From NCBI GenBank assembly GCA_013180585.1, contig QBUM01000251.1, positions 1-54,525 on the forward strand: DNA of 54,525 bases, read 5' to 3'. Origin of the DNA: Candidatus Methanophagaceae archaeon GoMg2. Lineage in GTDB: Archaea; Halobacteriota; Syntropharchaeia; Alkanophagales; Methanospirareceae. Shown here piece after piece: positions 9,066 through 18,876 of this stretch. A model generated the notes under the pieces. That model saw only the letters and a list, made by a program, of their open reading frames with translations, was not told the origin of the DNA and searched no databases. Position 1 is the first letter of the stretch. The number at the start of each line of letters is the position of its first letter. The position numbers and the translations under genes are program-made.

Positions 9066-10412
9066 TTATGAGGACGCTACAGCCAACCCCCTATATATCC
9101 TATCCAGAATTTCATTATCCGACGGATACGGGCAATCCACAATTTTCTCGAGCTTCAAAGGAACCCCATCCATTCTGTACGCGATCCCCTCCGCTTCGAC
9201 ACCTGTAATTGCAGTAGGAAACACGACAGAGGAGATTAACGTGGTCGGCGTTTCAAACGGGTCTATCAAGATAATAGGCATATCACACAATTTCTTCGCT
9301 TTAGCTACAGGAAACGAAGAAAAAGGGTCGGCACCCACGATTAACGCTGCATCCACTTCGTCTAACACATCCAGAACCGTTGTCTTGCCTGGTTCGAAAA
9401 TTTCGTCACGAGAGAAGTCCAGACCAAATGGATAGCCGGTCTCACGCAACAGAAGCTGCACAGCGCCCATCACATTAAAATGACCCTTCATGGGAAACAG
9501 CACGAATTTTACGCCTGCTTTGTTAAGCGCATCAACTAGGGCAAAAATAGCTTCGATATTTTGGGGGGCGTCTTCGCTCGATAAAACGCCGAGACCCACG
9601 AAGATAACGCCGTAGAATGCTTTCTTTAGCCTGTCGGTTATTTTTACGATGCTGTCAAAGTCTATTTCATCATCTACAAGTTCTCTTAACCCGCTCGTCT
9701 CTCCTTTTACCAATCGTGTCATAACCTCTGCTATTTTTGCATCCTCGCCTGGGTTCAACCGTAAGAACCACCTTGAAATCTTCTTCAACTCGCTGTCAAC
9801 CACGTCAATAGTAATAATCTCCCGATCCATCACGCCTTTCAGTGCGTATCGTCCAGTAGGATATACAGAATACCGGGAAAGATGTCTTGGATGCGACACG
9901 ATTGGATTAGCGCCCCAGTAAATGATAACATTGGCGTTGTCTCTTATCTCGTCCAGCAGAGCATAGTAAAACGGATATTTGCCTTTTAGCAGTTCGGAAT
10001 ACAGAAGACTATGGCAAATTGATTCCGATGTGTCGTACACGCCTTTTTTGTGTTTTGCTATTTCCAATGCCACACGTTGAGCGTTGTAGCCGCTATTGCT
10101 CAGCCCGTATATAAGGGGCTTCTTCGCATTCCTTAGTATATCCACCGCTTTTTGTATCGCAGCTTCGTAATTGGTTTCTTTGCCGTCTATTCTGGGATTA
10201 CGTATCCGTCCTTTGTTTTGTGTCGAAAGGAACTTTTGCACACCAATAGTGCAAGCGTTTCTTATGCCCGTTATTTTGTTCCCCTCTGCATCTACGGAAA
10301 TGACCACGTCATCACAGAGGCATGCGCAGAATGGGCATACCGCTGATTCTATTATACGTTCTGTCTCTTCTTCCATCGTTTTATAAAGGGTGTTTGAATA
10401 GCGTATAACCAC
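9066..10412 (-). CDS. fwdB: Formylmethanofuran dehydrogenase subunit B-like molybdopterin/tungstopterin protein
   Basis: 448 aa. The N-terminal CPFCACLCDD Fe-S motif and overall length are typical of FwdB/FmdB. A Cys in SESICHS sits at the expected metal-ligand position. The track start at 10412 is GTG and an alternative ATG lies at 10376. Confidence 0.78.
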   Translation of the reverse strand: MVIRYSNTLYKTMEEETERIIESAVCPFCACLCDDVVISVDAEGNKITGIRNACTIGVQKFLSTQNKGRIRNPRIDGKETNYEAAIQKAVDILRNAKKPLIYGLSNSGYNAQRVALEIAKHKKGVYDTSESICHSLLYSELLKGKYPFYYALLDEIRDNANVIIYWGANPIVSHPRHLSRYSVYPTGRYALKGVMDREIITIDVVDSELKKISRWFLRLNPGEDAKIAEVMTRLVKGETSGLRELVDDEIDFDSIVKITDRLKKAFYGVIFVGLGVLSSEDAPQNIEAIFALVDALNKAGVKFVLFPMKGHFNVMGAVQLLLRETGYPFGLDFSRDEIFEPGKTTVLDVLDEVDAALIVGADPFSSFPVAKAKKLCDMPIILIDPFETPTTLISSVVFPTAITGVEAEGIAYRMDGVPLKLEKIVDCPYPSDNEILDRIYRGLAVASS

Positions 10413-10477
10413 AAGAGTTTACACAATCTTTCTTTTAGAAAAGTTTATAATCTTCCTTCCATTATCGTGAATGTGAT

Positions 10478-11698
10478 ATGAAAGATTATACAGTAGAGTG
10501 CATAAGGTGTGGCGCAAGTTACCCTAAGGACGAGATAGTATATACATGCAGTAAATGCGGCGGGTTGCTTAGTATAACCTACGATTATGCTAAGATAGAT
10601 AAGGACAGGATACTAAATGCAAAAGGTGAAGGCGTATGGAAATATTCCGTGTTACTGCCCTTTGACGAACACACGATAAAGCCTGTAACGATAAACGAAG
10701 GGAACACGCCCATGTACAGGAGCGATAGACTCGCGAAGTTAATCGGCGTTACGGATTTATGGGTAAAGCACGAAGGGCTGAATCCTTCCGGGTCGTTCAA
10801 AGACAGGGGAATGACCGTAGGCGTAACAAAAGCGATGGAACTGGGCGTTAAAGGCGTGGCATGTGCGTCAACAGGTAATACGTCCGCCTCGCTCGCTATA
10901 TTCGCGGCAAAAGCCGGTATTCCAAGTTATGTTCTGTTGCCAAAGGGTAAAGTAGCTTTAGGAAAAGTAGCGCAGGCGATGATGCACGGTGCGCAAGTAT
11001 TCTCGATACGCGGCAATTTTGACGATGCTTTACGGGTTGTTCGTGTGTTATGCGAAGAGGAGAAGCTTTATTTGTTGAATTCCGTTAATCCGTACCGACT
11101 GGAAGGTCAGAAGACAATCGCGTTTGAAGTTGCCGAGAAGTTAGGCTGGCAGGTACCGGATAGGCTCATTTTACCGGTTGGGAATGCGGGTAACATAAGT
11201 GCGATTTATAAAGGCTTTTTGGAGTTGAAGACCCTGGGTATTACCGATTCCGTGCCGAAGATGACTGGCATTCAGGCAGAGGGTGCCAGACCCGTGGTAA
11301 AAGCGATAAAGGAAGGCAAAGCAGAGATAACGCCAGAGCCTAAACCCGAGACCATAGCTTCTGCGATAAGAATAGGGGACCCGGTGAATGCAGAAAAGGC
11401 ACTACTCGCTATCAGGAATTCCGGCGGTGTTGCCGAGTCGGTGACTGACGATGAGATAACAGAAGCGCAGCTACTTTTAGCGAGACAGGAAGGCATAGGC
11501 GTAGAACCAGCAAGTTCGGCTTCCATTGCGGGACTGCGTAAATTAGTTGATATGGGTGTGATACAAAAAGATGAAAAAATCGTGTGCATCACTACCGGGC
11601 ATCTATTGAAAGATCCGGAACGTGCAATAGCGATTTCGGAAACGCCAAAAGAGGTGGATGCGGATATAGATGCGTTGAGGCAGGTTTTGAAGTTGTAA
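10478..11698 (+). CDS. thrC: Threonine synthase
   Basis: 406 aa. It has an N-terminal CxxC..CxxC zinc ribbon, a PLP lysine motif SFKDRG and the GNAGN loop. Confidence 0.9.
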   Translation: MKDYTVECIRCGASYPKDEIVYTCSKCGGLLSITYDYAKIDKDRILNAKGEGVWKYSVLLPFDEHTIKPVTINEGNTPMYRSDRLAKLIGVTDLWVKHEGLNPSGSFKDRGMTVGVTKAMELGVKGVACASTGNTSASLAIFAAKAGIPSYVLLPKGKVALGKVAQAMMHGAQVFSIRGNFDDALRVVRVLCEEEKLYLLNSVNPYRLEGQKTIAFEVAEKLGWQVPDRLILPVGNAGNISAIYKGFLELKTLGITDSVPKMTGIQAEGARPVVKAIKEGKAEITPEPKPETIASAIRIGDPVNAEKALLAIRNSGGVAESVTDDEITEAQLLLARQEGIGVEPASSASIAGLRKLVDMGVIQKDEKIVCITTGHLLKDPERAIAISETPKEVDADIDALRQVLKL

Positions 11699-12008
11699 CC
11701 GGAAGGCGGGGGTGTAGTTGGGGTGGATGTTAAAGATCGGAAAGCTTTTACAGCCTGTGATAAATAGGCAGTTTATGTTATAGGCACTTGTGCTTAAAGG
11801 CAGGCTCCTAAGCACGAGCGACTATGACTTACAAAGTGGTTTATCATAGCTTTACATAAGCTTTTCGGTTGCTTTTACTCTTGGAAATGTCAAATACTAC
11901 TCTATTCTCAAGATAAAGCAAAAAGTCCGGATAAGACAAGAAAATAAGACAGTATAAGAGAAATCGCTATCGAAAATTCACAACGACCTCTAAAACAAAA
12001 AAGAAAAA

Positions 12009-12166
12009 GTATTTGTTTAGCTAACCACAGATTACAAAAATTTTCACGAGAAATATTAATAGGGATCAGGCTTAAGCACTTTATTGGTTTTTTATCCCCT
12101 GCTAACCCCTAATTCTTGTGCTAATCTCGTGGAATCTCGTGGTTTTTTAGAGTAGCGAACAACTAC
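12009..12166 (-). mobile_element. MITE-like repeat family 1 (R2)
   Basis: Sequence runs gtatttgtttagctaaccacagattacaaaaattttcacgagaa ... attcttgtgctaatctcgtggaatctcgtggttttttagagtagcgaacaactac. It is full length, in reverse orientation relative to 35134..35285. No clear target duplication. Confidence 0.85.
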
Positions 12167-12444
12167 GTTTTTTGGTGTGAAATGTCTCTTTTCAAAATTG
12201 AGTTTTATTTGTGCTCGGTTTTTGTTTTATCTTTTAATGCTATCCCTCTCTTCACTCTGCTCACGATCTTCCATACCCGCTCCTTGATTAGAACATAGCG
12301 CTCGAACTCTGTTACGTTTTTCCCCTCGGTTCTCGGCACCCCCCAAAAAATCTATGCAGCAGAAAAGATATATCGCTGCCTGAAGTCCTGATATAGCGGA
12401 AGAAGCTTCAAGTTCACTGTTGAAAAAAGAAGGTCTTTTTACCC

Positions 12445-13710
12445 TTACCTCTTGATTCTACTCAACGCGACAAGAACTAACAAACCCACAAGTGCTATTA
12501 TTCCAACCGGCATTAGCGTTGGTATTTGTGCGTGTGGCGCCGCAGCCACATTCCATATCCATATCCGCATATCCATGCCGTTTGGATTCGCAGCGATTGC
12601 CGAAACATTGTGTTCGCCAGCTACTTTGGCATGTAGCGTGCATTTAGCATCCGTTACGCTTCTATTCGTAAACAACAGCGAATCATTCAGATACCAGCTT
12701 ACGTTTACCGTTTGATTTACGGTTACGGTGAACGTTGCCCAATTACCGGTGGTATCGCTAACAGGTGAAGCAGGTACAAAGAAAGTGATGTTTGGTGGTG
12801 TCGTTAGCGAGATAAGCCGTATAGTCGTAGTGTTATAAATTTCCATTCTGTATGCTTTAACCGTCACCGTACCGGATGTTAGACCGGATGTTAAAGTGCT
12901 ATACGCATATCCATTCACGTCCGTCTTGTCCCACACTGCTATATCCGCGACTCTCCCCCCGTCCAAGTCTGGATTCAGCCCCACATCATCAGGACCTTCT
13001 TCTATCATAAATACAAGTATGTAGCCACTACCGGCTTCACCATCACTCATTGCGCGAGCCGTTATGTTGGATATTGAAGACCCATCTGCAGGTATGCTTG
13101 TTGGATCAGAGGTCACGATAATCTCGGTTGGTCCCGGCGGTGGTGGTGGTTGCTGTTGTTGCTGTTGCGCACTTACCGATGCTGCAAAAGATGCACCCTG
13201 TGGCCACTCTATCCAGTATCCGTTGCCTCGTTGCAGTGTGTCACCTTTGCCAAGTGTAATCCATTTATCCGCTACTACATCCCAGCCCACAACTTCTACA
13301 TCGTCCTCAATCGTAACATCGGTGTCGCCTATACCAACCAGGTTCCATCCTGATTGTAGATTTGCCATGATTGTTGCCCATGTGAGACCATCCACAGTTG
13401 TTCCATACACATCCACTGTTTTTGGCTCAAGACATCTGATGAGGTATCCTTTTCCTCCTTCTAATACCGTTGGCGTAAAGTATCCAGTTGCCGGTTCATA
13501 GCTGAATATCTCTACATCAATACCAAATACAGCATCAGGATTCGCATCATCTGGAATTACTGGCATTGAGAAGTAGTCCACTCCTTCCTCCATATGGATC
13601 CTCCATCCGTATTCCATGGGTTTAACGACAGATGCCTCCGCTATAAACGGTAGCATAGCCACCAAAATTGCAATCGCAACCAAACAACTCAACACTTTTC
13701 TCGTTACCAT
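12445..13710 (-). CDS. Secreted/cell-surface glycoprotein with Ig-like domains and a C-terminal membrane anchor
   Basis: 421 aa. It has an N-terminal signal/TM segment, a QQQQQQPPPPPGP linker and a Big_1-like segment (IIVTSDPTSIPADGSS). A sequon-rich domain (NITFF..NVSWYLNDS..NVSAIAANPNG) resembles the pre-PGF domains of methanogen surface proteins. The tail is hydrophobic plus basic (GIIALVGLLVLVALSRIKR). Confidence 0.7.
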   Translation of the reverse strand: MVTRKVLSCLVAIAILVAMLPFIAEASVVKPMEYGWRIHMEEGVDYFSMPVIPDDANPDAVFGIDVEIFSYEPATGYFTPTVLEGGKGYLIRCLEPKTVDVYGTTVDGLTWATIMANLQSGWNLVGIGDTDVTIEDDVEVVGWDVVADKWITLGKGDTLQRGNGYWIEWPQGASFAASVSAQQQQQQPPPPPGPTEIIVTSDPTSIPADGSSISNITARAMSDGEAGSGYILVFMIEEGPDDVGLNPDLDGGRVADIAVWDKTDVNGYAYSTLTSGLTSGTVTVKAYRMEIYNTTTIRLISLTTPPNITFFVPASPVSDTTGNWATFTVTVNQTVNVSWYLNDSLLFTNRSVTDAKCTLHAKVAGEHNVSAIAANPNGMDMRIWIWNVAAAPHAQIPTLMPVGIIALVGLLVLVALSRIKR

Positions 13711-13952
13711 CTTCTTCCTCTTTTTATCTCCTTGGCTGATGTTTTATCTGACTTTTAACGTATTAAAACTTATTTACGCATTACCTCTCTCTGCCTTATT
13801 ACGTTTTACTCTTTCTGATACGCTCATAAAAATGATTTCCCCCTACGTTACAAATCTTCTCTTCTTTCTCCTTCGAGAGCCTTGATAGTGAATAAACGTT
13901 TAAAGCCTAACACATCTAATTTTAAAGACCAATGTAATAAGGAGTATTAAAG

Positions 13953-14192
13953 ATGTCAAAAGTAAAAGCGGCGAAGAAGGCGCAGAAAGCAGGGAAGAAA
14001 GAAGGTGGGGGTGGCAGCGGCGGAAGAGGCGAAGAGCGAGGGCTTATGTCCTCCGCGGGCTTGATGCGATATTACGATGTGGAGGAATCAGCGGTTAAGT
14101 TCTCACCGAAGACGATAGTGATCATAGGCGTGTCTTTGGCTGTCGTTGTATTAGGATTAGAGATATATTTCGGTGTATGGCCACTATCTTGA
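13953..14192 (+). CDS. Preprotein translocase subunit Sec61-beta
   Basis: 79 aa. SAGLMRYYDVEES..KFSPKTIVIIGVSLAVVVL is the Sec61-beta signature plus its TM helix. The N-terminus is Lys/Gly-rich. An aaggag RBS lies upstream. Confidence 0.8.
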   Translation: MSKVKAAKKAQKAGKKEGGGGSGGRGEERGLMSSAGLMRYYDVEESAVKFSPKTIVIIGVSLAVVVLGLEIYFGVWPLS

Positions 14193-14201
14193 GAAAGAAT
14201 A

Positions 14202-14651
14202 ATGCAGCGGTATGACATGCACATGGTGGACATAAGCGAGAAAAAAGACGTAGTGCGGATAGCAGTAGCTTCGGGCAGGGTAAAATTGAAAAGCAGCACG
14301 ATTGAGCGAATAAAAGCAGGAACTATAAAGAAAGGAGATGTGCTTGCGTGCGCCGAGACCGCAGCGATATTAGCAGTGAAAAAAACGCCTGAAATGATTC
14401 CGTTATGCCATTATATCAGTATTGACGCGGTAAACGTTGAGTTCTCAATAGGAGAAGAGGAGATAAAAGCGGCGGTATCTGTGAAGTCGGTTGGTAAGAC
14501 GGGTGTAGAGATGGATGCACTGTGTGGTGTGAGCGTGGCACTGCTGACGATATGGGATATGGTGAAATCGGTAGAGAAGGACGAAACGGGGAATTATCCG
14601 CATACGGGGATAGTAGAGATACGAGTAGATAAGAAAGAGAAGCGAGCTTAG
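14202..14651 (+). CDS. moaC: Cyclic pyranopterin monophosphate synthase accessory protein MoaC
   Basis: 149 aa. [32 protein letters not shown] and GVEMDAL motifs are typical of MoaC. Confidence 0.88.
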   Translation: MQRYDMHMVDISEKKDVVRIAVASGRVKLKSSTIERIKAGTIKKGDVLACAETAAILAVKKTPEMIPLCHYISIDAVNVEFSIGEEEIKAAVSVKSVGKTGVEMDALCGVSVALLTIWDMVKSVEKDETGNYPHTGIVEIRVDKKEKRA

Positions 14652-14654
14652 GTT

Positions 14655-14806
14655 GTATCTGTATAGCTAATATGAAAAACCACGAGATTCCACAAGATTA
14701 ACACAAGAAATAGGGATTAATGTGGACTATGGTATACTAAAATCAAGTTACTATCCTTCTATTCTTGTGGAAATCTGTAAAATCTTGTGGTTAGCTAAAC
14801 AATTAC
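14655..14806 (+). mobile_element. MITE-like repeat family 1 (R3)
   Basis: Sequence runs gtatctgtatagctaa..aaaaaccacgagattccacaagattaacacaagaa ... ttcttgtggaaatctgtaaaatcttgtggttagctaaacaattac. It starts 4 nt after the moaC stop. No clear target duplication. Confidence 0.85.
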
Positions 14807-14842
14807 GTTAAATTTATACCGATTGCGTATTTCTAAATTTTA

Positions 14843-15595
14843 ATGACAATAATTCCAGACTTGCACCCAAGATATAAATCGTTAATGACACGAGATAAGC
14901 TCGTAGCAGGTGTAGAAGCGGGGATAACTTCCCAGCAGGGTTTGATAGCTCATGGTCGAGGCGAAGCTTTTGATTATTTGATTGGAGAGCAGACTTTAAA
15001 GTCGGCGAGAAGGGCGACGGAAGTTGCCGCTGCTATGCTATTGGCTGCGAAGAAGCCGGTGCTTTCCGTGAATGGTAATGTCGCTGCGCTGGTAGCGAAA
15101 GAGATGGTAGAGCTGAGTGAATTGCTAAACGCACCTTTAGAAGTGAATATCTTTTACCGAACCGAGAAGCGAGCTAAACGGATAAAAGCGCTGTTAGAGA
15201 AACAGGGTGCTAATAAAGTACTTGGTGACCTGCGAAATGCGGTAATCCCTGGTATAGAGCATTCACGTGCAAAGGTTGACCGCGACGGTTTATACAGCGC
15301 GGACGTTGTTCTTGCACCTCTGGAAGACGGTGATAGATGCGAAGCACTTGTTAATATGGGCAAGAAGGTGATAACAATTGATTTGAACCCGTTATCGCGA
15401 ACTTCTAAACAAGCATCCGTGAGCATTGTGGATGATATAGAGCGGGCACTGCAGAATCTTATTTTGGCGGTTAAAGAAGATAAGAAGGCAAAAAATGATT
15501 TAGCTGCTTTGTCAGAGAGTTACGATAACAATGAGAATTTGAAGGCGGTTATTAAAGAGATAGTGAGTCGGTTAAAGAAGGAGGATTTAAGATAA
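14843..15595 (+). CDS. 4-phosphopantoate--beta-alanine ligase (archaeal phosphopantothenate synthetase)
   Basis: 250 aa. HPRYKSL..R..L..G...GI.SQQGLIAHGRGEAFDYLIGE and SVNGN motifs are typical of the archaeal COG1701 family. Confidence 0.8.
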   Translation: MTIIPDLHPRYKSLMTRDKLVAGVEAGITSQQGLIAHGRGEAFDYLIGEQTLKSARRATEVAAAMLLAAKKPVLSVNGNVAALVAKEMVELSELLNAPLEVNIFYRTEKRAKRIKALLEKQGANKVLGDLRNAVIPGIEHSRAKVDRDGLYSADVVLAPLEDGDRCEALVNMGKKVITIDLNPLSRTSKQASVSIVDDIERALQNLILAVKEDKKAKNDLAALSESYDNNENLKAVIKEIVSRLKKEDLR

Positions 15596-15659
15596 GAGAG
15601 TGATTTTTTAGTACGCAAAACATTTACTAAAAATATAAAATTCTTAAACGAGCGGAAAA

Positions 15660-17207
15660 ATGGTGATTACCGAAGTAGCGGAACTGACAACATCCGAAAA
15701 GCGAGTCCTGCTTGCTCTCAACGAAGAAGCGAAAGCGTGTGACCCGAGCACCTTATCCGAGAAGACAGACATAAACGAAGATGCAGTGATGCAAACTGCT
15801 TTTATGCTTGCCCAGCAGGAACTTTGTGAAGTAAAAGAGACGGAAAGAACTTATTATCATCTAACCGTGGAAGGAAAGGCTTATGCCGCGGAAGGGTTGC
15901 CCGAACGAAGAGCACTGGAGTTTTTGATAGCCCGGAAAGAAGCAACCATTGATGATTTGAAAACCGCGTTTGGCAAAACTGCTAATATAGCAATAAATTG
16001 GCTATTAAAGAAGAACTGGGCGAGAATTAAACGAAAAGAAGGTGAGAATCTTTTGATCCCTGTGGCTCAAGCCGGAACTGATCCGGATATTGACGAGCTA
16101 ATACTGAAAAAGCTGGCTGAAGGGAAATCCGAGTTGACTTTTCTGCTGGAACAAGTGGCAAACGCATTACCTGTGGACGAAGCAGAACTAAACGACTTTT
16201 TGAGCCGATTGATGTCGAGGAAATTAGTAGAGCAATACACACGTGTAGAGCGCAAAATAGCGATTACCGAATCGGGCAAAGAGCTTTTATCGCGTGGTGT
16301 CTCGGTTGAGGAAGAGATAGCACAGCTCACACCCGAACTCATAAGAACAGGGTCCTGGAAAGAGCATAAATTCAAGCGGTATGATGTGAATATATCATCA
16401 AAAGAAGTATTCGCTGCGAAGATACATCCGTATCAGCGTATTTTAGACCGTATGCGGCGAATATTCACGGATATGGGCTTCACGGAGATAAAAGGAGCGC
16501 TTGTTCAGAGTGCGTTCTGGAATTTCGATGCGTTATTCGTGCCACAGGATCATCCAGCACGTGAGATGCAGGATACGTTCTATCTGACAACGCGAAAGCC
16601 GATAGACGCGCCCGATGAATTGATAAAGAACGTAAAAGAGATGCAGGAGCATGGCGGCTCGTTGAATTCTTCGGGTTGGGGCGGAGAATGGCGAAAAGAG
16701 TTAGGCGAAAGGCTGCTTCTGAGGACACATACCACTGCGGTTACGTTAAAATACTTGGCTTCGCATCCCGAGCCACCGGTGAAAGTCTTCAGCATTGACC
16801 GCGTTTACCGGCGTGAGACGATTGACCCGACACACCTCCCGGAGTTCGACCAGTTAGAGGGAATCGTTATGGATAAAGGCGTGACATTCAGTAATTTGCT
16901 GGGCTGTCTTGCAACATTCTACCGTAAGATGGGTTTCCCTTCTATACGATTTCGACCCGGGTATTTCCCTTATACCGAGCCGTCCGTGGAGGTAGAAGTG
17001 TACCTGCAAGAGCGAGGGTGGATGGAATTAGGCGGTGCGGGCGTGTTCCGAGAAGAGGTGACGACTCCGGTGGGTCTGAAATACCCGGTTTTAGCCTGGG
17101 GACTCGGTATTGGACGATTGGCTATGCTTAGCCTGGGACTGACGGATATACGGGATTTGTATCACTCGGATATAGACTGGTTACGGAAAGAACGAGTATT
17201 TCGGTAA
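15660..17207 (+). CDS. pheS: Phenylalanine--tRNA ligase alpha subunit
   Basis: 515 aa. It has a long archaeal N-terminal wHTH region and a class II core (HPAREMQDTFY, LRTHTT, FRPGYFPYTEPS, GAGVFR). Confidence 0.92.
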   Translation: MVITEVAELTTSEKRVLLALNEEAKACDPSTLSEKTDINEDAVMQTAFMLAQQELCEVKETERTYYHLTVEGKAYAAEGLPERRALEFLIARKEATIDDLKTAFGKTANIAINWLLKKNWARIKRKEGENLLIPVAQAGTDPDIDELILKKLAEGKSELTFLLEQVANALPVDEAELNDFLSRLMSRKLVEQYTRVERKIAITESGKELLSRGVSVEEEIAQLTPELIRTGSWKEHKFKRYDVNISSKEVFAAKIHPYQRILDRMRRIFTDMGFTEIKGALVQSAFWNFDALFVPQDHPAREMQDTFYLTTRKPIDAPDELIKNVKEMQEHGGSLNSSGWGGEWRKELGERLLLRTHTTAVTLKYLASHPEPPVKVFSIDRVYRRETIDPTHLPEFDQLEGIVMDKGVTFSNLLGCLATFYRKMGFPSIRFRPGYFPYTEPSVEVEVYLQERGWMELGGAGVFREEVTTPVGLKYPVLAWGLGIGRLAMLSLGLTDIRDLYHSDIDWLRKERVFR

Positions 17208-17623
17208 TCCTCAAGCGCAGCTTTTAACGTATTTATAGCAAGTACAGGACAATGAAGATTATCCGCGGGTAAGTCGCCCAAAATAGCTAAGACATCATCC
17301 GCAGTGAGCTTTGACGCTTCTTCTATCGTCTTACCCTTCACGAGTTCTGTAACCACACTTCCAGATGCGATTGACGGACCGCAACCATCGGTTATGAATT
17401 TGCAATCGCTAATTATATCGCCTTCGACTTTTAGATGTATCTGTATTGTATCGCCGCAGGGACCTGTTACCTTGCCGACAGCACTGGGCTCTTTCAACTC
17501 ACCAACGTTTTTGGGGTTGTACGCTTCCTCAAGTGTCTTCTCGGTATATATTTCCTTCTCGTCTTTCTGTATCGCGCCTTCTATCTCTCCGACCAGGGCA
17601 TCGAAATCATTATTCTCCGACAT
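17162..17623 (-). CDS. iscU: IscU/NifU-like Fe-S cluster scaffold protein
   Basis: The GPCGD..., ITDGCGPSIASGS and HCPVLAINTLKAA cysteine motifs are present. The start is placed at the ATG at 17623 (MSENND) because a ctttttatat TATA-like box lies about 25 nt upstream. The track ORF extends to 17698. Confidence 0.8.
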   Translation of the reverse strand: MSENNDFDALVGEIEGAIQKDEKEIYTEKTLEEAYNPKNVGELKEPSAVGKVTGPCGDTIQIHLKVEGDIISDCKFITDGCGPSIASGSVVTELVKGKTIEEASKLTADDVLAILGDLPADNLHCPVLAINTLKAALEDYRNTRSFRNQSISE

Positions 17624-18009
17624 TCCGTATCTAAATAATTTGCCTCGCATATAAAAAGTTGAGTGTTTGCATCGCGCGGAAAGGCACCGCCGCCGCAAGG
17701 AAACAAAAAGAAGGTTTTTTGTGGTTTTTTTCTTGTATGCTAAAAATTTGGTGATATGTTAAATATTTTTTACCGCATTTGCAAATAAATTTTAGGTGTG
17801 GTCGCTAAGGAACTGTTCTAATAGCTTAAAACACGAATAGAAGTTTAGTAAATCGGCTATTTGTTAAAACAACAGGTAAAAACCGAAAGTCAGTTATAGG
17901 GTTACCATATAATGTATCTTTCAATGATGCCACAAATAGAGCGATGCCGAAGAAAGCGGTGACTTCTGACTGGTGGTTACTAAAAATAGGAGGTGAAACG
18001 AAAAGAAAG

Positions 18010-18615
18010 ATGAAAACAAAAATGATAGGTACATTGGCGATAGCAGGTCTGATAGCAATGGCGGTATTCGTGGGCACCGCCGCGGCAGATGGGGGTGCTA
18101 ATATCTTCGCGAGCAATAGCGGCAGTTACAATCAATATACAACTAATTTTTTAACGACTGAAAATGTTTTTGCCTGGGGGTACCTCGGTCCTGAATCTGC
18201 TCCTAATACTACTTTATGTGGTTCAGCGGGTTGTGGTGGAAGGATCTATGTCGTGAATCACAGCGACACATGGACTAACGGAACTCTCCTGGATGATAGA
18301 AGTGGTGGGTATGAGATTGTTACTTGGGGTGCTGCTGGGTACTTCAACGGCAAATTGGCATGGCCGAAAGACCTCACACCTGGCGAATACGACCTCATAC
18401 TCGACTTGAACTGTACCGGATACAACGGTGAGTGGACCAATATCTCGGATCCACGACCGGCAAAGACAGGTTATCTAACTGATCCTATATGGCCTTTTAC
18501 TGTAAAAGGCGATGAGCCGGAACCGATACCAGAATTCAGCACGATGGCCATACCGGTCGTTTCGATACTGGGACTGCTGTTCTTGTTCAACTATCGAAAA
18601 CATAGGAGACACTAA
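18010..18615 (+). CDS. PEF-CTERM-anchored secreted protein
   Basis: It has a ggaggtga RBS, then MKTKMIGTLAIAGLIAMAVFVGTAAA as signal peptide. The C-terminus PIPEFSTMAIPVVSILGLLFLFNYRKHRRH has PEF motif, TM helix and basic tail. The track ORF starts earlier, at 17944. Confidence 0.75.
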   Translation: MKTKMIGTLAIAGLIAMAVFVGTAAADGGANIFASNSGSYNQYTTNFLTTENVFAWGYLGPESAPNTTLCGSAGCGGRIYVVNHSDTWTNGTLLDDRSGGYEIVTWGAAGYFNGKLAWPKDLTPGEYDLILDLNCTGYNGEWTNISDPRPAKTGYLTDPIWPFTVKGDEPEPIPEFSTMAIPVVSILGLLFLFNYRKHRRH

Positions 18616-18715
18616 TATTTTTATTTGTTTACCGCCCAGATCACGGCGAGCGCAGAGATGAGATAATGAATTCTCTGTGCTCTTTGCATGCTCCGCGGTA
18701 AACAACTACTTTTTT

Positions 18716-18876
18716 GTATTTGTATAGCGATTTTTTAAAACCACGAGATTCCACAAGATTAACACAAGAAATGGGGATTAATGTGGGATAATGTGGTCTA
18801 TGTATACTAAAATCTGGTTACTATCCTTCTATTCTCGTGGAAATCTGTGAAATCTTGTGGTTAGCTAAACAATTAC
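18716..18876 (+). mobile_element. MITE-like repeat family 1 (R4), flanked by ctttttt direct repeats
   Basis: Full-length copy. ctttttt at 18709-18715 and at 18877-18883 directly abuts both termini. Confidence 0.9.

Noticed and set aside
9066-10412. Possible selenocysteine-containing FwdB.
   Set aside because: The ORF is uninterrupted, and a Cys codon occupies the expected ligand position (SESICHS). There is no in-frame TGA.
12205-12353. Minus-strand fragment ..GVPRTEGKNVTEFERYVLIKERVWKIV.. next to MITE R2. It vaguely recalls the GHxxxxTTxxY C-terminal motif of tyrosine recombinases.
   Set aside because: It is only about 50 codons with no start codon. The His is missing, no upstream R-H-R box is visible, and the similarity is too weak to call without a profile search.
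17699-17770. ggttttttgtggtttttttcttgtatgctaa resembles scrambled pieces of the MITE terminus (tcgtggtttttt / ttcttgtgctaa).
   Set aside because: The matches are short and out of order, with no second terminus. The sequence cannot be distinguished from a chance T-rich promoter spacer.
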